From: an uncultured cyanobacterium | GTDB lineage: Bacteria; Cyanobacteriota; Cyanobacteriia; CAKZMO01 | Assembly: GCA_963719515.1 (NCBI GenBank) | Contig: CAVRCJ010000003.1 | Coordinates: 296,144 to 360,143, forward strand | Reading direction: 5' to 3' | Length of the DNA stretch: 64,000 nucleotides | Shown here: one piece after another, positions 51,185-59,384 of the stretch | Layout of the letters: each line of letters opens with the position of its first letter | Numbering within the stretch: position 1 is the stretch's first letter | Translations under genes and position numbers: made by a program | The notes under the pieces: generated by a model | Told to the model about the DNA's origin: nothing | What the model saw: the letters and a program-made list of their open reading frames with translations, nothing else | Database searches by the model: none

Positions 51185-51389
51185 AGTGCAGCGTTAGCGC
51201 CACGGCGCTAGCCAACACCATCGAGGACAGGCTATCACAACCCGCGAGCAGCAGGCTCTGGTAGCTGAGCAGGCAAACGGCTAGGGCAACCCCGGCAGGA
51301 AAAGTCAACGACTCGGCCATCGTATCAGCGACGTCGGCCACATACTCTAAAAACTCGAGCAGTCGAAGAAATCTGTGAAGTATTGCCAT
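51162..51389 (-). CDS. Small hypothetical membrane protein
   Basis: 75-aa ORF with one or two hydrophobic helices, co-directional in the heme cluster; weak. Confidence 0.25.
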   Translation of the reverse strand: MAILHRFLRLLEFLEYVADVADTMAESLTFPAGVALAVCLLSYQSLLLAGCDSLSSMVLASAVALTLHCGLNRPI

Positions 51390-51425
51390 AAGATCTAGCC
51401 ATTTGAGAGAAAGGGCAAAGGGTCT

Positions 51426-51926
51426 CTAAAGAAGGTCAGTCATCCGACTCAGCAAGATTTGCTGGGGAACTCGACCCACAAAGCTGTCGGCAACGGTGTG
51501 GTTTGAATCTAGCAGCGTCAGGTGAGGAACGCCGCTCACCTTGAACTGCGCAATCTGCTGCCGCCACTGCGGATCATCGATGTCGAGCATGACAAAGTTG
51601 ACCTGATTTTCCACCTGATGGTGAATATCCTGCAGCGCTGGTGCTATGGCCTGACAGGTGGTGCACCAGTCAGCGTAGAACTCGATTAGGGTCGGTTTTG
51701 GGCTAGCCATGGCCAGCTCGTAGGGCATGGCCGCTGCGGCAGTTTCCCTGAGCGCTATTAGCCCTGACACCGAGGACAGGCTTTGGGCGGAAGTGCCGGG
51801 GCGCGTCAGCAACAGGGTGGCGATCGCAAAGAGGCCTACCAAGGCAGCTGAGATTAGGCCGGCTTTGTTTGTATTAAGTGCCATGGGTTCAATGGACGCC
51901 GTACTTAAAATGGGTCGTTGAGTCAA
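51426..51926 (-). CDS. Membrane-anchored thioredoxin-like protein (TxlA/TlpA-like)
   Basis: N-terminal TM helix; thioredoxin fold with WCTTC active site. Confidence 0.8.
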   Translation of the reverse strand: MTQRPILSTASIEPMALNTNKAGLISAALVGLFAIATLLLTRPGTSAQSLSSVSGLIALRETAAAAMPYELAMASPKPTLIEFYADWCTTCQAIAPALQDIHHQVENQVNFVMLDIDDPQWRQQIAQFKVSGVPHLTLLDSNHTVADSFVGRVPQQILLSRMTDLL

Positions 51927-52416
51927 TCAGCTCGCGAAACGAGGGACTGACCTCTCCGTAGAGATCTAGCCATTCGTAAAAGGTCAGCTCTCCTTTGAGG
52001 TGGGCTTCGGGGTTATGCGCTCCTTCTATCATGATGCTGCTGATTAGCTGGTAGGCCTGCAGCCAGGCCTCCGCCAATTCTGGGGTCCATCCCTCGCCCA
52101 AATAATCCTTTAGCGCCTGCAGCAATGCTTGACCCACCATGGGATAGTGATCCTTTTCGGTTCCTTTAGTGACGTGATGGGCTCCTAGCCCCTGCAGTGC
52201 CTGAGATAGGGCGTGGGTGTTGTGTAGGTTCTCGACGATTAGGGCGAGAGAGGCCACGAGCTTTTTTTGCTGTAGCTCAGGGCTAACATCGGCAAACATC
52301 GGCTTCAGCTCAGGGTTGTTCTCAAACAGATGACCGTAAAAGCTGCCAGAGAAGGCGATCGCGTTGGGTTTAACTTTCTCGAAGCTGTTTTCAATCAGCG
52401 CTAGGGTATCAGGCAT
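51889..52416 (-). CDS. Single-domain globin
   Basis: From ATG 52416 (MPDTLALIENSFEKVK...) the ~175-aa product has a globin fold signature (FYGHLF...P.F, proximal-His region ALQGLGAHHVTKG); the longer ORF extension upstream is non-coding. Confidence 0.8.
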   Translation of the reverse strand: MPDTLALIENSFEKVKPNAIAFSGSFYGHLFENNPELKPMFADVSPELQQKKLVASLALIVENLHNTHALSQALQGLGAHHVTKGTEKDHYPMVGQALLQALKDYLGEGWTPELAEAWLQAYQLISSIMIEGAHNPEAHLKGELTFYEWLDLYGEVSPSFRELIDSTTHFKYGVH

Positions 52417-52556
52417 GGAGGATGATTTAAAGTTTGTTGAGCGACCGCAGTAGGTCCAAGGGTGAATTTTAGAGGAGTCGTAGGGACACCGCATGCGGTG
52501 TCTCCATATCGTATAGATGCCCATCCAAGGATTGGATACAGGCCCCGATGGAAAGA

Positions 52557-53276
52557 TTACTGATAGTAATAAGCCAAAGCAATGTGGAATATCAGCATCA
52601 CGGCGAACATGCAGACGAAAAAAATATGGCTCACCAGCCAAAGCGATCGCAGCCTCCGAATCAGAGGGCCTTTGGTGAGCGGTACCGGGCTCCAGGGCAG
52701 CTTGCCAAAGTAGCTGCGGGTGGACTCTAAAATGCCGGTTTCAGCGACCACCCCTACCAGCGCAGTCAAGGTCACGGCAAAGAACACCCACAGCAGCGCT
52801 GCATTAAAGTTAAGGCCGTTGGAGCCCAGGGTGTGGACCAGCACCATGGCCACCAGCGCTACGCCCAGGAAGATATGGACGCTGCGCCACAGCTGCATTG
52901 ATCCCGGCAGCTTGAGGCGGCCAATCCAGCTGCGGCTGCGCTTGCGGATGCTGAGCATGACCTCCAGCAGCACAAAGCCCAGCGCTGCGTAGCCGGTGCT
53001 CTGCTTGTATAGCTCTCCGCGAACAAACTGGTGCAAATCTACGGACTTTTCCCGTAGCCAGTCGAGGTAGAGGGTACTAAAGGCGAAGGGCAACAGCAGC
53101 AGCGCCGTCAACAGGGTTAGGCCAATAAGTATCTTGAGGCTGGGCTGAATACCCCTACGGGCTGCTTTTGCCTTTAGCTGTGGATTAATTTCAGCCCCCA
53201 CAGCGCTACCGGGAGCGGACGGTTCTAGCGCCGAGGTCTGGGGATTGAACGGAGAGGGGGAGTGAGGAGTGCTCAT
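52557..53276 (-). CDS. Hypothetical polytopic membrane protein
   Basis: 239 aa; Pro/Ser-rich N-terminus then ~5 TM helices with conserved His in helices (possible heme b ligands; speculative). Confidence 0.4.
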   Translation of the reverse strand: MSTPHSPSPFNPQTSALEPSAPGSAVGAEINPQLKAKAARRGIQPSLKILIGLTLLTALLLLPFAFSTLYLDWLREKSVDLHQFVRGELYKQSTGYAALGFVLLEVMLSIRKRSRSWIGRLKLPGSMQLWRSVHIFLGVALVAMVLVHTLGSNGLNFNAALLWVFFAVTLTALVGVVAETGILESTRSYFGKLPWSPVPLTKGPLIRRLRSLWLVSHIFFVCMFAVMLIFHIALAYYYQ

Positions 53277-53407
53277 GAAAATTAAGAAGGGGTCGGCTGA
53301 ACGCGTAGCCTGCGCGAGAGTTTCTAGCTGAGCTGCCGAGAGGGCGATCGGACATGTTTAGCGGCTTTGGAGAAGAGGCAATATGTCTTGGTCTTACCCC
53401 CCTCAGT

Positions 53408-53456
53408 CCCCCCTTGGTAAGGGGGGAAGCGTAATTCTCCCCCTTACCAAGGGGGA
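53408..53456. repeat. Long perfect hairpin/palindrome (CCCCCTTGGTAAGGGGG ... CCCCCTTACCAAGGGGG)
   Basis: 17-bp perfect complementary arms separated by 13 nt; each arm is also a quasi-palindrome; lies in the 265-bp gap between two minus-strand genes. Confidence 0.5.
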
Positions 53457-53541
53457 GTTAGAGGGGGTCTTCCGAGGTGCTAAGCACATGCGGGCGATCG
53501 CCCTCCCGGCAGGAACTACCGATGGCCTGTGATTTCGGCCA

Positions 53542-54225
53542 TTAAGCGCCCTCTAGGGGAATATTGATCACAACGCCGCCCATCACTTCATCCATCTCGA
53601 ACATCTTGTCGGGGTAGCGCTCTAGGTGGACGGGGTGGGTATTGTGGCAGGTCACGCAGGCCTCAGCGACGGCCTTGTCGGGATACATGGCGGAGAAGTA
53701 GGTCTGGCCGCCGATTTCCTGGTATTCCTTAACGGATTCGCCCGTGTCGATCATCGTTTGGACGGCAGCTTCCTCAAACTCGCCTTTGGGGGCGTGGCTG
53801 TCGTTGAGGTACCAAGGGGAAATCAGGTTGTAGGTGAAGTAGCCCGACTCATTGGCAATCTCAGAGCCGAGGCGGAACATCTGCGCCGGGAGGGGAATGC
53901 CGTCGGCCTGCTGCCAGGTCTCGGTGGACTCAACCTCAAGCACGCCCGCATCTTTGGCCTTGCCCTCTAGGGTCTTAACTCGGTTGACTACGTGCTTAGT
54001 GTAGGCGGTGCGGTCAGCCGCCAAGACGGTGTGGATGTAGTCGGCCACTAGCTCAGGGGCGACGCCAGCGGAGGCCTCAGTGGTAGCGGTGCCGCCGCCG
54101 CCGCCGCTACAGGAGATCGCCGTGACGGCAACGGCCAAGATGATGGCAATGAACGCCACCGTTCGGGTGCGGATAGCACTGATCCAGTTCTCTAGCATTG
54201 TCATGGTTGTGTCCTTAGGGTTCAA
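53542..54225 (-). CDS. Lipoprotein with C-terminal CxxCH heme-c site, probable DUF3365 (Tll0287-like) domain
   Basis: Lipobox AISCSGGGGG; single CVTCHNTHP motif near the C-terminus as in DUF3365 heme-c PAS-like proteins. Confidence 0.5.
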   Translation of the reverse strand: MNPKDTTMTMLENWISAIRTRTVAFIAIILAVAVTAISCSGGGGGTATTEASAGVAPELVADYIHTVLAADRTAYTKHVVNRVKTLEGKAKDAGVLEVESTETWQQADGIPLPAQMFRLGSEIANESGYFTYNLISPWYLNDSHAPKGEFEEAAVQTMIDTGESVKEYQEIGGQTYFSAMYPDKAVAEACVTCHNTHPVHLERYPDKMFEMDEVMGGVVINIPLEGA

Positions 54226-54333
54226 TACGTGCGTTAGATGCGCTGCGAGAGCGTTTAACGAGGCTTCCAGAATACAAAACGGAGAAGCCCCGAGAGCGAA
54301 AAGTTCGTCTGAGCGAACGCGGGATTTGACGGT

Positions 54334-55143
54334 CTAGTCGCTGCTCCCTTCGTCACCTTGTCCGACCCGCCGCTCTTCCAGGGCACGCACTAGGTCAAAG
54401 GTTTCTAGGGAGAGGGTAGGCGGCTCATCGAAGTTGGCCTCCACCAGGTCGTCGTCAAAAATACTGTTGTAGCTATACTCCACGCCGTGGCAGTTCATGC
54501 ACACCTCTCCCACCATGCGATCGCGGGGCAGCAGGGTATAGGTATTGTTGTGGTTCACCAGGGTCACAGTCTCGCCACCTTCCACCTCATGGCGCGGCAG
54601 GTGGCAGGTAGCGCAGCTTACCGCACTGCCGGAGGGACGCGGTAGCGCTAGGTCGGCGGCGAACAGCTGGGCGTGCTGGGAGTTTTCGTAGTTGAGGGAG
54701 TGGGTGTCGTTGTGACAGGTGAGGCAGGAGTCGACGGCGGCCTGAACGGTGTTGACTGAGTGGGCGTCGTGGCAAGTGCTGCAGGTCATCTGCATGTCGT
54801 GGGCGACGGTCTTCATCGGCAGCCGCGCCATGGCGGGCCTTAGGGGCGACTCATCTTCCAGCAAGCGAATGCCGTGCTTCCCCAGCAGGAAGGTATCCAC
54901 CGCCTGCTCGTGGCAGGACTGGCAGCTTTCGTAGGTGGGGTTGGCGACAAACGCCTGGGTTTCTTCGTCTTGGTGGCAGCTAGAGCAGTTGATGTCGTTG
55001 AGGGCGTGGGCGCTGGTTTCCCAGAGCTGGGTGGTTTCCTTGACCAGAGCCTGGTCGACATCGCCCCAGGCTGGCGCGGCCCAGCCAAGCAGCAGCGCCA
55101 GGGCCAGTAGCCAAGACATCACAGACTTCCTATTCAGCGTCAT
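54334..55143 (-). CDS. Periplasmic hexaheme c-type cytochrome
   Basis: Signal peptide; six CxxCH motifs (CSSCH, CQSCH, CSTCH, CLTCH, CATCH, CMNCH) in 269 aa. Confidence 0.8.
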   Translation of the reverse strand: MTLNRKSVMSWLLALALLLGWAAPAWGDVDQALVKETTQLWETSAHALNDINCSSCHQDEETQAFVANPTYESCQSCHEQAVDTFLLGKHGIRLLEDESPLRPAMARLPMKTVAHDMQMTCSTCHDAHSVNTVQAAVDSCLTCHNDTHSLNYENSQHAQLFAADLALPRPSGSAVSCATCHLPRHEVEGGETVTLVNHNNTYTLLPRDRMVGEVCMNCHGVEYSYNSIFDDDLVEANFDEPPTLSLETFDLVRALEERRVGQGDEGSSD

Positions 55144-55817
55144 GACTTACCCCCCAGAAACGCCTTACCCAAGTCCGCTGCTGGGGCCGATTTCAGCTCT
55201 GTCGTCACCACTCGTTCTGGCACGACCTGCACCGGCAGCATGGGGGGCTGGTCGAGGTTTTTCCTCAGGAACCCTGTAGAAATTGTGCGGTGGTCGTGGT
55301 AGTTGTGGCACCCGGCGGTCCAGCAGCCGTCTGGCGTAAACCCGTCGTGGCTTTTGAGGTCGCCCGCGGCGATGCCTTCGTGACAGGCCATGCAGAGGTC
55401 AGGCTGCAGGTGAACGCCGCGACCAAACATATGCACGTGCTCGTTGTGGCAAGTGGTGCAGGTGAGGGCCTCAATCTTGGCCAGCTCCCCTGCCCAGCGC
55501 GGGTCTCGAAACTTTTGAGCCCCGTGAACATCCTCGGCTAGCTCGGCCTCGTGGCAGCGCATGCAGGTGTCGTTGCTGACGGGCTTAAACCCTTCGTGGC
55601 AAGAGGCGCAGGAGCCTTCAATAAGGTAGTGGCCTACGGAGGTCTCCCCGGGCAGAAACGCCTGCTTGTTGTCTAGGGCAAATGCCGCCGAAAACCAGCC
55701 CACCAGAAGAATGCAGGCGATCGCGATCGCCGTCCTCAGGCTGATAAGCCGACTTATACCGCTAGCTTGCGATCGCTGCCGCTTGGGTGGCCTATTAGGT
55801 CTACCTCGAGATGCCAT
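55140..55817 (-). CDS. Membrane-anchored tetraheme c-type cytochrome, NapC/NirT/NrfH-like
   Basis: N-terminal TM helix then CASCH, CMRCH, CTTCH, CMACH plus an atypical CWTAGCH; size and layout match the NapC/NrfH quinol dehydrogenase family; 4-bp overlap with the downstream hexaheme gene. Confidence 0.7.
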   Translation of the reverse strand: MASRGRPNRPPKRQRSQASGISRLISLRTAIAIACILLVGWFSAAFALDNKQAFLPGETSVGHYLIEGSCASCHEGFKPVSNDTCMRCHEAELAEDVHGAQKFRDPRWAGELAKIEALTCTTCHNEHVHMFGRGVHLQPDLCMACHEGIAAGDLKSHDGFTPDGCWTAGCHNYHDHRTISTGFLRKNLDQPPMLPVQVVPERVVTTELKSAPAADLGKAFLGGKS

Positions 55818-55857
55818 GACTCTAGGACGTTCCTCCCAATGAAATTAAAGCGGTGGG

Positions 55858-56486
55858 CTAAAGCAGCAGCAGAATGATGAGTAAAACTGCGCCACCACCA
55901 ATTACCCCCCCCAGCAGCGGACCAGGCTTGAGGCCGTCTTCAGCGGTTGGGGCTGGTGCTTCAGAAGCAACGGGCTGGGCGACGGGCTCCGCCACTGGCT
56001 CCAGCTGCACAGACTCAGGAGAATAGTCAGCGCCCTCTAGCATCACCTCAGTGATCAACCCGTAGGCGTCAACCCAAGCCTGCTTGACCTCCGGCGTCCA
56101 GTCTTCCTTGAGGTATTGCTCAAAGGTTTTGAGGAGGCTGTTGCCCACCAGGGGATAATGATCCGGCAGCGCGCCATACTTGACGTGGCGAGCCCCCAAG
56201 CCTTTGAGGGCACCGGTCAATTCGCCGGGTTGACGCAGGTTCTCGACCACAAGACCAAAGAAGCCAAAAGCATCTCGCTCTGCTTGGCCATGTTGGTATG
56301 CGCAAATAGCGGCTTGGCTGCCGGATAGTCCGTAAACAGATTGTCGTAGAAGCTTGTCGCAAATTCATCGGCGTGGGACTTTACTTTCTCAAAGCTCTGC
56401 TCCAGCATGGCGACTTTTAGGCCGGTCGCCTTATCCACCTCGTTGACATCCACGGCGAGGTCAGATTCTGGCGGCTCAAGCGTCAC
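55858..56486 (-). pseudogene. Globin domain with C-terminal tail-anchor TM helix, interrupted by a 1-bp frameshift (second domain of a tandem di-globin)
   Basis: N-half (56217..56486) and C-half (55858..56250) are in different frames; a single missing A/T in the homopolymer at ~56255 restores ...LLASFGLVVENLRQ...; ends ...GGVIGGGAVLLIILLLL*. Confidence 0.6.
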
Positions 56487-56930
56487 CTCTTCTGCGGCTG
56501 TAGTCGGCCCCTTCTAGCATCATCTCGGTAATTACACCGTAGGCGTCCATCCAGGCCTGCTTTGTCTCAGGGGTCCAATCAGTCCAAGGTATTGGTCAAA
56601 GGTTTTAAGGAGGAGTTACCGACCAAAGGATAGTGGGCTGGTAGCGCGCCGTACTTAACGTGGCGAGCCCCTAGCCCCTCAAGGGCGCCAGTCAGCTCGC
56701 CAGGGTGGCGTAGGTTCTCGACCACAAGACCGAAAGACGCCAAAAGCTTTTTGCTCTGCTTATCACATCGGTTGCGCAAACAGCGGTTGTGCCGCTGGAT
56801 AGTCTGCGAACAAGTTCTCGTAGAAGCTTTCGCAAAGTCATTGGCATGGGGCTTTACTTTTTCGAAGCTTCTCTCCAGCAGCTCGACCTTTAGCGCCGAA
56901 TCTTTGTTAATGATTTCAACGTTATGAAGC
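56487..56930 (-). pseudogene. Degraded upstream globin domain (tandem duplicate, ~85% nt identity to 55990-56486), at least 4 frameshifts and no start codon
   Basis: DNA aligns with the downstream copy; translation fragments ...SFEKVKPHANDF / SFYENLFADYPAAQPLFAQ / DKQSKKLLASFGLVVENLRHPGELTGALEGLGARHVKYGALP / DWTPETKQAWMDAYGVITEMMLEGADYS lie in shifting frames. Confidence 0.55.
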
Positions 56931-57486
56931 CATTGGTATGCCTGTCCTGCAGTAGTGCAAGTTGAATTTTATAGTGAGTGAAGGCGCAAAGGGGCATCTT
57001 CTCGATTCAATACATCGGTTGGCCAATCGCATCAGCTACTCGTAATGATTTCCTGATATCGACGCGCTTGAAGAGACCTTAGGAAATCAGTTAGTCCTCG
57101 ACTGCCAATCTTGACTACCAAATGCCTGGTAAGACGACATCTATGAAGACAGCCAAGCAAGCTCGATCCAGTATTGCTTCAGCGGGGCACTCGAAAGCTT
57201 TTAGCTCGTCGTTACATGGCAGCAAAAGCTGCGCGACGCAAACCTGACGCATAGAGAACCGATAACCTGCACGATTTTGTCAAACAAAGCACATTTCGAG
57301 AATTTAAATTTCCGAATTTTGCATCGCTTTATGCGTTTTTCGCATTGCAAGTCCGCCAGCGCGATCGCGTGAAACTGTTATGCAAATTGCGTACTGAATT
57401 AAAACCACATTTTGCATAAGAATGTGCTTGGCTTTGTATCAAATACTGCAAATATTTCTAAGCGAAAACCCATAAAAGTTGAATAG

Positions 57487-59349
57487 ATGAACTCTGACCA
57501 CTCTGTAGAAATATCCATGCCGTCTAAGGCCGTTCGTTTTTTAGGCTCAATTCGCTTAGCGGTGCCGCTGATTGGCGGCGATCGCACTCATATTAATTGG
57601 AGCCACGTTTTACGAGTCCAGCGTCGGCTCTGCCACCGTTCAGCGCGAAATCTACAAAAGCGCCTGGTTTGGCGGGCTGATGTTTTTGCTGGCGGTCAAC
57701 TTAGGGGTCTCTACCCTCAGCCGCTATCCCTGGCGAGGCGCGCGCAAAGTTGGATTTGCGATCACCCACTGTGGCCTAATCATCATCATTGCCGGGTCTG
57801 CCGCCGTCATTCACCTCAGCACCGAGGGCATGCTGCTGGTGCGTACCGACAGCGGCCCCGGGAACCAAATCCGCGTGGAGGGTGACCTATTGGAGGTGGT
57901 ATCGCCAGACCAAAAGCGCCAGCAAACCGATATTTTTGTCAAGCCGGACGGCTCAGTCTACCCCGCTCAGTTTGCCGGACTCTCGATGCTGGGCTACAGC
58001 GACAGCGCCATCAAAACCGTGAGCTTCGTTGAGGGGGATAGCGATAAAGACCCAGCCGCGAAAATTTGGCGGTCAAGCTGCAGCTGCGCAGCGATCGCAT
58101 GGGTCAGACCCTAGAGCGGTGGCTGGCGACGGCTCCCATGGGCTATGGCCAAATGGACATCGGTCCGGCGCATTTGGAGCTACGGCAGGCGATGGATGAG
58201 GGCGTACTCGCGCAGTTTCTCAGCCCCCCGTCGTCTCAGTCCGCCTACGGAACGCTGACGCTGGGCGATCGCACCGTCGATATCGAAAAAGTGCTGGGCC
58301 GCTCGGTTTCCCTGAAAAAAGGGGTGAGCGCTGAAATCGTCGACGTCTGGCCCGACTTTCGGCTGACGGCGGGCAAACCGACCTCGGCCTCCAAAGCCTT
58401 CCGTAACCCAGCGGTGCAGGTGAATGTGGCCCAAGGTGATATCCAAGAGCGCTGGTTTGTGTTCGCAAAGCCGGGCTTGCCTCCGGTACGCTCCGGAAAT
58501 TCCATCGCCCTAGAGGCCACCTACACCGCGCCGGAGACCACGGCGTCCGATTACTTCCGCGTTGTGGCCGCTCCTGGGGGGCAGCTGTTTTACGCGGCGC
58601 TCTCGTCCAAAGGCTTCAAGTCGGGTGAGCTGCACTCTGGTGAAGCGATCGCTCCTGGCTGGGCCGACTTTCGAATCTCGCTGGCCGAGCGTCTAGATCA
58701 CGCTCAGGTGCAGCGGCAGGTAGTGCCCATGGCCCCAGTTGCCCCCGGCGCAGCCAGTAGCGAGGGATTTCCGGCCCTGCAGGTGGCTGCTGAGGGACGG
58801 AAGGCCTGGCTCCCCTGGGGCGAGCCCATGGCCCTCGATACGCCCGGCGGCGAATACTTCGCGGCCTTTACGCCCAAGCTGCTACAGCTTCCTTTCTACG
58901 TGAAGCTCGATGACTTTATCGTGGAGCGCAACGAAGGTAGCGAATCGGTGGCCATGTGGACCAGCAACATCACCCTGTTTGACCCCACGACCGACACCGC
59001 CGCCCACCGCTCGGTGTGGATGAACCACCCCACCTGGTTTCGCGGCTGGAAGCTGGCCCAGGCATCCTGGAATCCTGGCGACCTGAAGCAGTCTACCCTG
59101 CAGCTGAAGCGGGAGCCCTGGTGGGTAACGGCGCTAACCTGGATCGGGTCGCTGATGGTGGTGACTGGCGTGGGCACCATGTTCTACGGTCCGGCGCTGG
59201 TGAAGCGATCGCGGGGCCGCAAACCCGCACCCCAGCCCGGAACCCCGTCGCCCGAAACACCTTCGCCCGAAACACCTTCGGGACAGGCCACGGAGGACGC
59301 GATCGCCGAACCGGCACCACAATTGGTTGGGGCGCAAACCCATCCGTGA
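57487..59349 (+). pseudogene. ccs1: Cytochrome c biogenesis protein Ccs1/ResB/CcsB, disrupted by two 1-bp indels
   Basis: Three consecutive ORFs in different frames (57487.., 57572..58114, 58066..59349) together reconstruct a ResB-like protein; frameshifts at ~57575 (extra G in GGCGGCG) and ~58085 (missing G in TTTGGCGG). Confidence 0.65.
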
Positions 59350-59384
59350 ACCGCCCCGCCGTAAACGAACAATTTTGGACAACT

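Noticed and set aside
52417-52641. 5' extension of the globin ORF
   Set aside because: The globin homology begins at the internal Met (MPDTLALIENS); the extension would overlap the upstream membrane-protein gene.
55858-58114. Programmed ribosomal frameshifting as explanation for the split globin/ccs1 ORFs
   Set aside because: Seven events in different directions, without slippery heptamers or downstream structures, are far more consistent with decay or homopolymer miscalls than with recoding.
59016-59384. 5' extension of the ccsA ORF (700 aa) overlapping the end of ccs1
   Set aside because: The extension is Gly/Arg/Ala-rich with no homology; a sensible start (MNGSNIIKF... with an N-terminal hydrophobic helix) is at 59385, just after the ccs1 stop.
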